DNA of 64,000 bases from the human T2T-CHM13v2.0 reference genome, Homo sapiens (GCF_009914755.1 NC_060930.1); one strand, 5' to 3'. Positions 15,951 to 35,799 are shown, counted from the stretch's first letter. Program-made: numbers and translations. The notes: generated by a model from the letters alone, not told the origin.

Positions 15951-16539
15951 TCTCTATGACAAAACTTCCCAAATTGTTCTATGAGTAACCACTTAGGTGC
16001 TTCCATCTTGCACACTTCCTTCAGCTCCTTGAAGGCCCAGATGATGTCATTTTCAACTTTAAAACCTTTTATCTAGTCACAAAATGCAAGTTGGATCAAT
16101 GTGGAGAGAAAGAGAGACCGATAGACAGATTGGCTATTGTTGTCTTTGGGTTGTTTTTCTAGGGCAACTGATATGCACCCACTTTATTATATGTTTTCCA
16201 TTGCAAATCATTTGTTTTGTGTAGCATTATGAAGTCTAATGTGAAAATGCTGTCTCTGCAAACTTTCTTTTTGAGTAAAAATAGTTTCAGTTCCCAAAGG
16301 TAAAATAACTGCTGCCCTGACAATCTGTATCTGCTTCTCTCTCCCTTTAGCAGTTTTTTAGCTGTTGTGTTCAGATGGAAAGTTTACTTGAAAAGACCCT
16401 TATCTATTCAGAGATAAATACCACATTTCACAGAATATAAGCTGACAACAAATTCAAGTCATGTCATAGTCTGAAAGAGGACTTTTTTTGTTGAGTGAGA
16501 CTGTACCCATCTCAGGTACTTGACAGCTCTATTAGTGTT

Positions 16540-17700
16540 TGTGAAATTACAAAAGTAATACATTATATTGTAGAAAATATCCAAAATACAAAATTGTATA
16601 TAGTAAAATTTTAAAATCTCCTTTGCTATATATCCTCAATTATTTTCCTTCATTCATTTTGCTTACTATACTTTTTCTAGGCATTATAAACACAAATGTG
16701 CATATATGCGTACATGTTGAGTTTTTTAATTTCATAAACTGAGATCACAGTATACACTTTCTTTAGCACATTTTTCTTATAACAATATATCTTCACGTGT
16801 CTGTATGAATCAATCTACTTCAATCTTTTTAATGGCTACATAGTGTTCTACGTTAAGGAATGCATACCCTGTAAACCAATTCCATTTAGAAGAATACATG
16901 GATTGGTTTCCACAATGCTAACTACATACATATCTTTGTGCACACATGCAAGATTTCTGAGGCTGAGTTCCTCAAAGTAGAGCTGCTGGGTCACTTGGAT
17001 AGACTCTTCTTGTGGTAGCTGGCCTCCAATAGCTGCCCCCACCACACCACACCTTCCAGATTCACATTCTAATGTGGAAGCTGCCCACATGAGTCTGGGC
17101 TACCCATCTTTACAATTTTAGCAAACATAGTAAAATCTATCTACCGTATTTTAATCAACATGGAGAATTTATCTGAATCTATAACTTCCTCTTTCTCCTG
17201 AACATGACCAAACCGGTAGCACGCTTTTACTTTTCCCTCTCCTCTCCCATTTTCTGTATTTAATGAAATCCTCTTGCACCATGTCATTTCTTTTTAAATT
17301 GCTCTTTTGTAGTTTTAATTTTTTCCACTGGAATAGACATCCTGGTGGTAAGGATTATAAATCATTGCATGTGTAACAATATCTTTATATTTTCTGCATT
17401 CTAGATTGATGTTTTCTCTGGTTATGGGATTCTGGGTTCAAGAGAGTTTTCTCTTCTCTTTTTAAAGCAATTTCTTTGTTATGTAGTACTTGTTGATATA
17501 AAATGTGATGACAAACTGATTTTTGTTCTTTTAGGTTACCCATGTTTTTTTCTCCTTGGAAAATTTTTAGATTTTTTTTCTCTTTGTCCTTGTAACTCAA
17601 TAATCTCACTAAGATTCCTTTCTGTTTTTGTTTGCTTTTTAACATTTTCTGACTCAGCAGTTTGTCAGCCATTATCAGGAAGGACATTCAGATTCTGGAA
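16540..17700 (-). mobile_element. old L1 (L1M/HAL1-like) remnant with ORF1 fragment
   Basis: minus ORF 17385-17687 contains ILVRLLSYKDKEKKNLK, resembling the L1 ORF1 motif IIVKLxxxKDKEKILK; L1M-like 3' UTR sequence near 16550-17000. Confidence 0.55.
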
Positions 17701-18354
17701 TCCTAAAGCTCTCATAGCAAGGAGGCTGAATTTTCTTTTGTGATTATTTCCTGCCTGATACTCCCCCCAACCTTTTTTTTTTTTAATTTTTTTTTTTTAA
17801 TTTTAAAGAACTGTCAAGCTGTGAGAAAAACCAAAACAATATTATAGAGAAGGAGAAAAATCGGATGTGCATGATTTTAAAAAAATCTTCAACAGTTACA
17901 TTATTTGTTAATAGCTTTTGACGACCAATCATTCTACTTTTTCCTACTGAATAGGCTTGAATATCTGAAAATAAGATATGTTATCATTCTTCTTGGTCAT
18001 GAAGGCTACATAGTTACAGCCAGGCACGAGAAATTTAAATTACAGAATTGATGTATTCCCAGGGGTGAGGAAAATCTGCTTTCTGTGTCCCAAAGCCTAT
18101 ATTCTTACTCATTTTCTTGATAAAATTGGAGATGGGCTTGTCTGGAATAGTAATTTGGCCCCATTCATTATGAAATCATTTTCAACAGTTTAACAAGTGC
18201 ATTTAGATTACATATTTAGATTGCATGAATTTCTAAAAAATATTAATAATATATAAAACTAATGTAAGCTGTCAAAATAAGTCCCTAGCCTAAATAAATA
18301 GCTTAAATGTATTAAAGGAAAAACGGTGGATCTAACTGAATATCCATGGGCTAA

Positions 18355-18580
18355 TCTTCAATGAATGTCTCTCTGTGCCAGGTACCTCTGCTATTTTGTA
18401 TAAGCATTGCTTCTTTTAATCTTCTCAGCAGTCCAGTGAGGCAAGCAATGTTATTACTCTATTTTACATAGGAGGAAACTAAAGTTGAGAGAACTTGCCT
18501 AGGATCGTGCAATTAACAAACAACTTGCTGTGATTGAATCCATTCTGCCTAATTCCTCAGGAGTGTTCTCTTATGGTGCA
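18355..18580 (-). mobile_element. MIR
   Basis: ctctgtgccaggtac...ctattttacataggaggaaactaaag...aacttgcctaggatc. Confidence 0.7.
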
Positions 18581-18603
18581 CTGCGATTTGAGAAGTGTTC
18601 AGG

Positions 18604-19023
<420 letters not shown>

Positions 19024-20599
19024 TTATAATGATACCCAAGAGTGAAGGGTGCGGCCCATTGGGGAGGATTGTAGGTTGTTGTGTATGGTTTTAAGCATCC
19101 CTGTATAAGCCATCAACTTTTCTGAGGCCTGTGTTTGGTACTTTGAATTTTATCAACATTTTGTCTTTTGTCTACACAATTGTCTATTCAGTGATACTCA
19201 TCAATGAATAAGTGGTTGAAATAACGGAGTGAATGGAGATCTGGTTATTTCAATCACATGGACATAGCTGTAAGATTCAGTTTCCACTATTTAGAATTGG
19301 AACCTAAATTACCATGGACTTGAGATAAAATTTATTATAAATGCATGATGAGATTCATTCATATTTATTTATCCAAACAACAGACAGTATGAGATCTTCA
19401 TGATTCTGGACCATAAGGATTCCAAATAGGCTGTTCACTTATGAGTAGGCCTGTAACACGGACGTGTGAGAATAAACGCCAGAGAAAAATTTTTGGTAAG
19501 TAATGTACTTTCAATTTTAAACTTTCAGAGTGTTTCTATGCACATGAATGAATCAAGAGCCAGTGGATGGTTAAGAAAATGCTTTTCACAGAGCCCTTTA
19601 AAATTTAACAGGTGCCAAAGAAATTCTACCAAAGAAGCTGAAGTGCATTTTAAGTGTGTATTATCTTCAGTGTTATTGCCTGATACAAGGACAGAATATG
19701 AGACCAAGTATCTCTATCCAGGGAATGCATAAATTCCAACTCTGGGTTATATTTCATTATGCTCCAGAAATATCCTGGATGATTAAAGTAATTCATTGTA
19801 AAAAAAAATGCACCAATTCCTACAGATTTTTGGTTTTCATATGACATAACAAAAAACTTGAAGTAATGAGTTGTACTGTGATTTTATTACATCAACCTAC
19901 TACTGGTTGTTATATGTCATGTTTATCTGTGGGATCCAATGTAATTGTGTGTGTTAGGCTAAATTCCTTCGTAATTTGAACTCCTCTCTATTGGAATGAT
20001 CTCTGAGCACTTTAAGGCCTTGGTATCTCTTCAAAAACAAAGGTCTTATCTCTTTAGATCTCACCCTGAATTCCATTTGCCTCTGAATCTCAATCAAAGA
20101 CAACAGAATAATCCAATTCCCTTTGAAATTTTTGATGCAATCTGATATTGACATGGATCTCAAGAGTAGTCTATGTGAAAAGCATGCTCTCATACTGGAT
20201 CATTGCCCACATTGTTTTTCTGTATGTGATTCAAAGCTGTTTAGACCAAGGTTTCTCTCAAGTCCCTCATACTATCACAGCTTGGATAAATTCACTTTAG
20301 TGTAAAAACATCTTGGTATATCAGCTTCATGAATTTAGGAAATATAAGGGTGTTGTCAGGAAAAAGTGGTATGATTAATCCTTGATATAAGAAAAAGAAG
20401 AATGTAATTTGAGACCAAGCTATTGTTCAACAGATGGGCTATTTCTAAGGGCTGACTTCTAGTTTGGAGACGGGCTTGCCTGTAGGACTTGTGATTCTTG
20501 TGCAACATCAAAGAGGGAACGGAGGATGTAGGGCTGAACTTACAAGTCACAACATGTTTCCTGGGGCATGAACATTCCTCTTTCTACTCTGGCCCCTAA

Positions 20600-21153
<554 letters not shown>

Positions 21154-21686
21154 TGAGTAAGGAACCTTGGGAATCTTGACCCAGTGCCAGCACAGATTCC
21201 GCAAAATCTATTCTTTCTCATTGGCAGCCACCTCACATCTCATTGTCTGCCCAAGTGCTCTCCGGTGCCTCAACTACCCACATGCATTCTTCTCCTCAAA
21301 AGGCATCTTCATTTTTAGCACACCTCAATGGTTTTCCCATTTCTAGTCATTTTCTTCTTCTTGAATGCCAAATTCAGTTAGAGGGCATTAAATGTTTTTT
21401 TTAATAAATAATTAACAGGCTAATAGTTAACAAAAACAGATTAACAAATTAATAATTAACAAGTTTAATAGATTATACCTGTGTGATTGCCTCGTCGCAA
21501 CACGGGATTTAATAATGATATGCTTAAAGGCCGCATAAGTGGATTTTCAGTGTATGAATACAGTTTTTACTTACCATGGCAAAATTCTCATCTTTGCTTG
21601 CAAAGCCCAAGCTATTCCTTTATTTTTTTCATTTCCTCTTTTCTCTTAAAAATGTATATTATCTCTAATTCTAAAATTGATAAGTA

Positions 21687-21996
<310 letters not shown>

Positions 21997-21999
21997 TTA

Positions 22000-22860
22000 C
22001 TGTAAAGATTTTCTCAAATGCAGGAGGACAACAACAGCAAAAATCTACCCATAATCCCATCATCCGGAGATAAACATGACTAAAATAATTTTCTTCCAGG
22101 CTTTCTTATGCATATGCATGTGCATGACCCTTGCTTCATAAGCTTGGATATATGACATGTTTTCTAATTTCCTTAAATCCAAATGAAATCTGGCATTATC
22201 CTTCCAGAGGATACTACAATCACCTTGCCAACTTTGAGAAAACTTCACTGATGTTTTTATTATAATTGACTGGAAATGATAAATTAATGCATGGAAAGTA
22301 GGTATTTTGATAATATTTAGTCTCATCTAAGAATATGGTATATGAACTTTATTCAAGTTTTCTTTTGTCTCTCAGTAAGTTGTTGTAGGTGTTTTGTGTG
22401 TGTGTGAGGTGGGGAAATACAGAAGTCGTACCCTTTCTAAGTTATTTCTAGGTATTTAACATTTTTTAAAACTGCAATCATGAAAAGAATCTGTTTATCC
22501 TTACATTTACTGCTATTGCTGGCATTATTTAAGAAGGTACTGATTTTGGGGGTATGTACTTTGTTTTCGATCATATTAGGTGAACATTCTTATTAGTTCT
22601 ATCATCATAGTTTTTCAATGTATTCCCTGAAAGTTCTAAGTAGACCATAGCATCATTTATGAATAATAATAGTTATAATTCTTATTTCCATTTCATCTCT
22701 TACTGCATTGACTAGAATGCGTAGAACAAGATTAACAATGCTGGCATCCCTGTTTTAAAAGGAATGGATTGAGTGTTTTATGAACATATTTTAGCTGCTT
22801 TTTGAGATAAATGTTCTTTTTCATGCTAAGTAATCAATAGTTGCTTTTAAAATATGTTGT
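22000..22860 (-). mobile_element. old L1M remnant
   Basis: gttatttctaggtattt..., ctcttactgcattgactagaat..., ggcatccctgtt are typical antisense L1 ORF2 3' fragments. Confidence 0.55.
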
Positions 22861-23229
22861 TTGGATTAAGAGTTTCTTAGAATTTTGCAGCCACCTGTTT
22901 TAAAAAAAAATCCATTGTCTTGATGGTAAAAGTGTGAACTTAAGCACAATTTACTAAATATTGATCACTAATGGATAGTAGTAGGGTAATTATAATAGCT
23001 ATTAACACTTGTAACATTTGTTTACATTATTCCACTTAACTTAGACTTTATTGTCCTATTTACATTTTTGTTTTTATCAGTTATATTTGCATTTTTCTTT
23101 CTTCTTCCACTGCACCATAATCTTCTTGGTAAGTCATATTTTTCTTTTGGAAAATCCACAATGTCTTCTAAAGTGTTCACAATCCATGAATATGTGTTAT
23201 TGATGACCTACTTACTTAGCACTAATAAA

Positions 23230-23790
<561 letters not shown>

Positions 23791-24086
23791 CTGTATAAAT
23801 CATGCTGGTAAAACTTCTTTAAATACAATTTTGATCCTGCTTTATACCTATGCAACACTGAGCAACCAATATGGTAGGGTAAGACTCGAAAGATGTTTCT
23901 CTGGAATAGCATTTAATTTTTGCTTTTGTTTGTACTTCTCAAGATTGAATTTTTGATTCATCTATGTGAAATGGCCCTAAGAATGTCTTATTCTGTAATC
24001 TTCATAGTTTAAGATAGATTAATCCATGAAACTAAAGCCATAAAGTTATCTCTTTACTAAGGAATTATCTCTTGAATCTTTGGCAA

Positions 24087-24406
<320 letters not shown>

Positions 24407-26120
24407 AATTCTTTATTTTTATTGAAAGCAAAGATTATTTTATCTTTGTGGCAGAATCAATATTCACTGTTAGTAAATTACAATGATGCATACCAGCTTT
24501 GAATAGTCTACACTGAGACAGATTTCCCAGGATTTTCTGGCTAACTAGTTAAACTGTCTGTACTCTGTTGAGTACAGGGTGGACTCACAGGGGCCTGGAG
24601 GAAGTGTGGAGCAATGGGGCTGTGGTCCAACTATCACCAGTCACTTGTGTGATCACTGGAAAACCAGCAAAGTGTTCTTGTGTATGAAAGAGTATGTCCA
24701 ACTAAGTAAAATAGGATTAAATTTTCTTCTAGAGGTAGATGTTTATTGTTTATATGACTGAGAAATTCAGAAGTTTCAAAAATATATTTTGATATACATA
24801 AAGACAATTCTACTTTTTGGCCATTTGAAATCTCTCAATATCTTGTTTAATCAATATACACACTATCTGAAAATCTTAAACATTACCAGTTTACAATATA
24901 CATTAAACATCTTCAATTCTGAGTGACAGAATCATCATTCTTATGCTCCTTTAGAACATAAATTTAATTGACTCTTCTAGATATACTGTAGCTGCAATCA
25001 CATTCATGCTCCTTTTCTTTATCCCATATGTTCACAAACAATTAAAATAATAACAAAATAATAGCTGCCCCTGGTTCCACTATAAAAATAGTGCTTTAGA
25101 AAGAGTTTATTTCAGGTTATCAAACACTACTTATTTTCACAGTTTCAAGTCTATCGGCAAAATTCTATTTTCCCATAATTTTAATTTCTACCAGCTTAGA
25201 TTATAGTCCTTGGAGTTGATGTTTCTCAAACTAATCAAGCTTCTTTATTGAAAAAGAACTTTTTCCCACATTTATTTTGTATCTCCCAGTTGTGACTACT
25301 TTCAGTGTTTTAATTGCAGGTTAGTTTGGGCTATCTGCATAAAGATGAATTAGTTTGGAAGCCAAATTTCATTACTCCTACTACAAAGATAGGCTCAATA
25401 ACAGATGCAACAAATTTTAACTATCATTTCCGTCGGGATCACAGATGGTATTGACATGGAATGCATCTGTGGCACAGGCCAGCGAAGAGATGGGTTGGCT
25501 TCCTCTTCGAGTCAGAGCAAAAGGATGTGGCAAAAAAGATCTAAGGATGCCATGAGGAATTCCATGTGTACATGCAGGTCGTGGTGAGTCAATTATAACA
25601 GATTCAGAGCTCATCTGTGGGGAACCTGGGGAAAGACTGGGTCCCGGGTGAGCCACAGTTTTTCTACTCCGTTTCTGGCAGAATCTAGAATGAAGCATAC
25701 ATGTGATAAAGTGTTTACACTTAAAGAATAGATAGAAAAGACTTCTAAGTGGGACAAGTGTTTTAGCAAGCAGGAATATGGTCACAGTAAGTGTGAATCC
25801 CCTTGCACTACTGTCAAGGAGAGTTATGCATCCAGAGATAAATGAAGTGGCAAGGTAAATAGATAAAACCTATATGTGAAAGATAAAAAGTAAAAATAAA
25901 TGTGAGGCAGGATTGTACTATTGAGTATATAATTGAGTATATTGACAAGGATATACAAGAGGGCTGAGATTAGCCAGTTGTTAATTTAACAAATACTACT
26001 GGGCACCTACTATGTGCTAGAAACTGTGAGAGTTCCCAAGAGACAACAACGTGCAAACTAAACATGGTTCTGAATTTTCCAGAGTTTATAGTCTTGTTGG
26101 GGAGGCTTTATGCATGGTAA

Positions 26121-26472
<352 letters not shown>

Positions 26473-26539
26473 CAATCTTTTTCTTTTTATCATTCACAAT
26501 ATTTGTACTTGTAGATTCCATCCTTTTCACTATCATAAA

Positions 26540-26770
26540 CTATTAGTGAAACAATAAGCATTTTACACATATTAACTCACTTAATTATTGCAATACTTTC
26601 TGCAGCAGAACTATTAATATTCTCAGTTTTACAAATGAATATGCTGAGGTGTAGAAAGATTGGAGTTATCTGCTCAAAACTGAACAGCTTTTAGCTGGGG
26701 GGCTGGGAACCAAACCCTGGCAGTCTAGAGGTCCGGAGTGTGTGCTCCTAATCATGACTGTATTGCAGTG
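26540..26770 (-). mobile_element. MIR
   Basis: cagttttacaaatgaatatgctgaggtgtagaaagatt...gctgggaaccaaaccctggcagtct. Confidence 0.65.
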
Positions 26771-27201
26771 ATGCAATTCTTCACGTTAAACTTCCTGTAA
26801 AACTTTATGCAGAGTGCTACTATTTATTAATTTCCCTTTCATGGGATCATAATGTTCCTGTGCCATTTATGTTTTCTGGAATGCTCTGCATACAATGAGC
26901 CTTTGGAATATGTTATTGATAAGTGGCCTCATCAGCCAGACTAAGAGGGTCATCTTGTTGCATAAATGGTGATGGTAAACTTCATTAAATGTAGTTTTAA
27001 TCCTGTTTGGTAACTGTCAGTTAACCTCAGTTGACAGGCTTTTAAGTAAGAATAAACCCTGGGGAAGTAAGGAGGACTTATCTCGGGAAAGTTCCTGGCA
27101 TATGCCATACAGTGATGCTTCAAGGAGGCTGGGAGGATAGATGGTGACCAACAGCATCTCTCTGAGGAGGCTATTCTTGGGACAAAACTCCTCTACCTTC
27201 C

Positions 27202-27498
<297 letters not shown>

Positions 27499-28454
27499 CT
27501 ACCTGCTTTTTCTCCATAGTGCAATTCTCTCTTCACTTTCATTCTCCATAGAACGTGCCTTGTTATTACACTCTGCTTCTATTGCTTCATGGCACTGACT
27601 GCACACTTATTTCCACAGTGCTTTGTATTTGCTGACATACTTCCGAGCCTCAGTTTTAAATTTCCCATGAGATAGTATCCCATGAGACCTGGTTTAAGGC
27701 ACCTGGTTTAGGGCAGAGGTTTGGTGCTGGTGTTCCCATGAGTTGATGACCAGTCTGGACCTCGACTCAGAAGTTGACCCTGGTCCACTAATTTGTGGCC
27801 AGGTTGTGATATGTCAGCAGCTTCTGCAGGGAGAATCTGAGATGTGAGTAGTAAAATTACTGAACACAATTTGTGTAGCTTTTTCAGTATATACAATTAT
27901 TAATGTATTTCCACATCGAATACCTGACTTATGATCCATGTCAGTAATTTGTGTGGCCAGTGGGACAGGGAACAGAGAAAGAATCTGTTAGAATGAAAAG
28001 AGAATTAGGGAAGATGGACCATGAAACTGTTAGAATTTCATAAATATTAAATTTTGAACAAATTTCTAAAAACAGAGTTGTTCATAATGTGGTTAATTAT
28101 GAAGTTGTTGATAATAAAGTAATAGGGCAGAAAGGAACCTTAGGAGATTAACTAGATCATTTGCTACTCTGAGAAACTAAAACAGGTGGATGCCAACCAT
28201 TTAAACATTTATATCCAGAGGAAAACCTTCTAAAAACTGTGGAACAATGTGCTCTTGAGAAGCCACTAAAATAGGTGGCCTGCGCCTCCTCTCAATCTCT
28301 TCATCTCCGTTACTCCTTTTAATTTCTCTTTGCACCTATCGCTACTTGCACAGCACATATCTATGCCTTTATTTGTGCTTGTCTCTCCTGCTAGAATATA
28401 AGGTTATTCTAGCTGCTTGGTCTCTTTCACTCAGCACTCTATTTCCAGTGCCTA

Positions 28455-28831
<377 letters not shown>

Positions 28832-30939
28832 TGTATACATTTATTGAGGGTAAGAATATTAACATGGATTGAAACACAGCATTAATTATTTCTCTACCTT
28901 TTTGGACTCAAGAATCCTTTTCACAACAATGTATAACATCTCTGGTCCAGTTAATTCTTTATCTCTGTATTATTTTAGCAACATATTATGGCATCAAAAA
29001 TAAACACATATTTCTTTACTCACTTGATATTAGAAATTTTCATACATGTGCTCAAAAAATCAATGTTTTAAAAAATGTATTTTCTGATTTGTTTCTAATT
29101 GGTGAACTGAGTGAGAGACTTTGCGGCTCTATTTGTAAATATTTCTTGTAAAAATATCTTTTTTCCCCCAACCCCCCAACAATAGATTAAAAGCTAAATT
29201 AGACATAACTGTCATTATACTTTTATTTTTTTAACTTTGGCTTTTGAAATATTGGAGATATTTCAATGTACTATGTAGGAATTTAAATTAAATAAATGAA
29301 CCTTGTGGATCTGTTGAGGATCATCTCGAGGTGAATTTGCAGAATTATTATCATTTATTGCTTTTCATCAACTATATAATTGAGAAGGTTTTCCCAATGA
29401 TTTATACCACCATAAAACACTTGGTCTTATTTCTATTAATTATGATTTGGAAGATGTAGTAAGTATAATGTTAATGAACATGTTGAATGATGTTAGATTA
29501 ATTGGAATGACAAAAACGCCTTAAGCAAAGAGTGATAGTTGGAGAGTATTGGCCAATCCAAAGATAAACTATTATTTACTTTGTGTACTGCCCTGTCCTT
29601 AGAAATGTGGTCCTGAGCAAGAAATTAGAGTCAATCGCTGATCATAATTTCTTATTTTTTTTTAAGAAAACTTTTTATTATGGAAATTTCAAACATACAC
29701 AAAAATAACTCCAATATTATTCATCTAACTTCAACCATAATAAACTCATGACCAGTCTTGTTTTCATATATATTCCCATCCAACCCCTTTCTCTCTCCAT
29801 CTGAACACCACTGGATTATTTTAAATCCAATCCAAGACATCATATCACTTCATTCCTGGTTTTAATGGGCCTTTTGTTGGGAGAGAAAGGGGGAAGAGAA
29901 CTAGTAGCATTTATGTAGCGGTGTGGTAGGAAGATCAGCGCAAAGCTCGTCTGTTTTCCAAAATGCCTGATATTGGTGGGCCATGGGTGTTAGAAATCAC
30001 CAGGGAATTACGTATCTTTGGCTATTGCTCTAAACATAAGAACTAGGTAAATGACCTTGCAAAATGCACATCTTTCTGAGAGTGGAAAATACATTAATTT
30101 TCAGAAATTATAGGTATGCATTTTAAAATCAGATTCACATACAATCATCTGATCCAAGGTATAACCATAATGAAGCGGAATTTTGGACAGATATGTTTCA
30201 GAGATAATTAGAAATGTCACAAAAAATTTCAGAAACTAGAACTTGATCTTCACCAGCAATGACAACAGTACACTAGAATTTTTGTTGGGGGGCAGTAAGG
30301 GAAAGAGGAGAGAACTTTGTGCAGAAATAAGCAGGAGGAAGATTCTCTTCTCACTTTTCACAACCTTCTTGGCAAATATTAAATAATATCTTTGTCTGTG
30401 GCATCAATTATTCTCTGTGTCGGTGATTTCTAGGTCTGCGTTTCTGTAACTTTCCTTAGTTTTGCTTCAAACATATAACTCCTTTGGTCCAAATATATAA
30501 ATAGCTCTTTCTACATAGTTGTGTACAAACTTCCTCATATACAACATGTCTGGGAGAGACCATTCTGACCCCAAAGCATATTTTCCCTCCCATTTTTTTC
30601 ATCTGTATGACTAGCATCATCATCCAGGTAGGTATCCAAGTTAGAAACAAGAATCTTAGTCTTCTCCTTCCTCTCCCTTAATCTTTAGATGAATCAGTCA
30701 TTAGTTCTTGTCCCGTCTGCCTCTCAAAAAACTCTTACTAGATCTGCCTTAATTCCACTTTTTGTTTGTTTGTTTTGGTTAGAACTAGTAAACTTGTCTT
30801 AGATTGAATCCATTCTTCACCCTGCTGTTAGGCTTAATCTTAGCCAAAAGCCCGAGAAGTGATCACCCTGCTGTTAGAGACATGTTGAATATAAAAATCT
30901 GTTATCTCTCCACTCTGCAATTCTTAAACTTACCCCTTT

Positions 30940-31350
<411 letters not shown>

Positions 31351-31445
31351 TAACGACTTTACCGTCTAACAATACGGAAAGACATGTAGTTCTCTAAACA
31401 TGCCACGATACGGATTCTAATTCAGATGGGGCTGTAAATTCTATT

Positions 31446-32155
<710 letters not shown>

Positions 32156-32975
32156 TCAGCTGATGCTGCTGGTCCACAGACCACATCTTAGCAGCAAGGA
32201 CTACAGGATCTATGCTCATCCTGTCTCTTAATTACTAGAGGAGTCATGGTTCTTTCTTCCCCTTGCCGTTCATTCTGTTTTAACTGCTTTATGGTTTCAG
32301 CCATTTTATTTTGCACATCAGTCAGTTTCTCTCCCTAGATCACCAACTTGGCCAAATCCTTGTCCCCTTTAAGTCTCAACTCAGATACAATTTAGAAAAC
32401 TGCCCTGTTATTCTGTTATTGCACTAGCGCATTGCATTCTGGATTCTTACTTGTCTATTTCCCCATTCAAAGTGTTCTCAGAATTACTCACAGTGCCAGG
32501 CACATGGGAGAAACACAGAAAATATTTGTGGAAAAATAGATAGGTGAAAATTTCCCCTTGATGACTTTATGATTGTGCTTTGACATTCCCATGGTATTCC
32601 CAGCATTTTATGGAGTAGTAAGTAAATATTTCTTTTTCTTTTTTTTTTTCACTTTTTAAATGTGCATTTCTTTAATTTTTAAAAATATACACAGGAGAAG
32701 CCATATGTTTTACATAGGAATACACACATTAACAAAGCATTTCTTATAGTATTCCAAAACTCTATTAAAATCAGTCCAAAATTTATAAATTAAATAGAAT
32801 TCTTAAAGTTAAAATGAATTCCCTGAAACTACTGGATATGCTAGACTTTTTCCAAAATCAAATGAACAGAGGATATGGATGTGGTTTGTGTTAAATAAGG
32901 TTTATTGTTAGCTTCATTGCCTATAGTCTATAAGACGCAACTTTATTGTGCCTTTGCAAACAGGATACATTTCTA

Positions 32976-33356
<381 letters not shown>

Positions 33357-34536
33357 TTAGAGATTTATTTGTAATCCCATTTTCATAATAGTATGGTAAC
33401 CACAAACTAAGGGGCCCAGGTTTATCTCTGGAGAAGCTTCATAGAGCAGCCATTTGGGCTTTGATTAACTTATCATAGTTTGTCTTTAGCCCTAAGGCTT
33501 GTAGGCCCAGAAAGCTGAGGTGTCAACATTTTGAGCAAGTGTTCCTTTCTCAGTGGGGAGAGTCACGTTAACCCAGCTTTTAAGATTGATGTATAATTTA
33601 GAAAGTCAACCCATTTATTGACTGTGACAAGTTACGGCCTTAAGAACCAGAATATTAGAACCTCCATGATTAGCCCTTTCCTTGAGTACTCAAACTTTAA
33701 GGCAAGTCAACCCATACTTCAAATTTGTTTTGTAGGGCAGAATCTGAAAAGTAGGATTTAGATACATTGGATATATAGTGGCATCAGGTTAAGTTGGCTT
33801 GAAACATCTAAACAGCATTGGGAATAATCTTGCCAATAGGACCAGAAATTGTTAAGGTCTAGCAGCATGTTTTGCATTCATCTCTACTAAAAGAATGAAT
33901 TTTCAGTGGGTCCGAAAATGCTCAATCAACCTCGAAGTCTGATGAGGGAGCGGACATTCCCAGAGCACCTGGATGGGCCCTGCCACTGTTTGCCTCTGGG
34001 AGTCTTCCTTTACCATCCTTCCATGGCAATGAGCCCCCTTTAGGGTAGACTTATTTTTTTCACGGAGCAATTCTTCCTTTTTAAAGGTGACTTTGCATAA
34101 TTCTGCTCTGATCCTTCATGTCTTGTTTTCCATTATTTCAAAGACCTAGGAAGCACTTTCCAATAAACTTCCAAGTGATGCTTAAAAAATAACCTTCTGC
34201 CTCTGCAGTGAAGGCAGGGCTGGCCTTGTAAACAAGGCTGATGCTTGTAAGACCTGATAAAGGGAACGTCCTCCAGCCCAACTTCTTGGCATAAAAAGGA
34301 AAAAATAAAATTTCTTTTCCTCTGCCAAATACTGTAGATTCAGTCATTTCTTTTACTCAAATAAAAATGCCTCTGGGAGAGTAATACTATTCTCACCCTT
34401 CTCTCTCTCTGTGAAGTTTCACTGGGTGTGATGGAGGATGAAGTACCCATCACAGTATTAAATATCTGAGTGGGTAGAGAGTATTGGGGCCTTAGGTCTT
34501 TGTTCCAAAGCCCACCATTTTAGACTGTAGTCATCC

Positions 34537-34849
34537 TTTTTTTTTGTTTTGTTTTTTGAGAAAGGGTCTCTGTTGCCCAGGCTGGAGTGCAGTGGAGCAA
34601 TCTCGGCTGACTGCAACCTCCATCTCCCTGGTTAAAGCTATTCCCCTGCCTCAGCCTCCCAAGTAAGTGGGATTACAGGTATGTGGCACGATGGCCAGCT
34701 ATTTTTTTCTTTTTTTTTTTTGAATTTTTAGTAGACACTGGGTTTCACCATGTTGGCCAGATTGGTCTTGAACTCCTGACCTCAAGTGATCTGCCCGCCT
34801 TGGCCTCCCAAAGTGCTGAGATTACAGGTGTGAGCCATCTCATCCAGCC
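34537..34849 (-). mobile_element. Alu
   Basis: antisense Alu; flanks agactgta(g/a)t. Confidence 0.92.
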
Positions 34850-35362
34850 AGACTGTAATTACCTTACATTGCCATGAAGTTGTTGAGAGAATAGGAATCT
34901 GCACATAGAGCAAAAAAAATCCCAATAAATTATGAGAAGGCCGATGGGTGAAGGGTGAGAGTGCAGCTGCATCTTGATTACTTAGGCTAATAGTTCTTGG
35001 AATATGTACCCAGGGAAGTTATGAGTTTTCTCCCCATTGGATATAAATATTTAAATCATTGACAAGTGTGTCTTCAGTGGAGATTGACACAGTGAAATGT
35101 TTCTCTGTCTTGAATGTGCACTCAGTAGGTGTGATGCAGAGTAGGCATTTTTCTTTTCTGGAGATGGGGGGGGTCTCACTATGTTGCCCAGGCTGGTGTT
35201 GCACTCCTAGGCTCAAGTGATCCTCTCACCTCAGCCTCCTGAGGAGCTGGGACTACAGGTGTGTGCCACCATGTCTGGCTAATTTTTAAATTCTTCATAG
35301 AGATGGGGTTTCTCTATGTTGCCCAGGCCGGTCTCAAACTCCTGGGCTCAAGAGATCCTCCT

Positions 35363-35495
35363 GGGGTGCCGTGTACACTATTCGGGTGATGGGTGTACCA
35401 AAATCTCAAAAATCACCACCAAAGAACTTATCCACGTAACCAAACACCACCTATTTCCCCGAAACTATTGAAATAACAATAATAATAAAGAAATC
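35363..35495 (+). mobile_element. L1PB-like 3' end
   Basis: gtgtacactattcgggtgatgggtgtaccaaaatctcaaaaatcaccaccaaagaacttatccacgtaaccaaacaccacc...gaaataa. Confidence 0.85.
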
Positions 35496-35496
35496 T

Positions 35497-35799
<303 letters not shown>

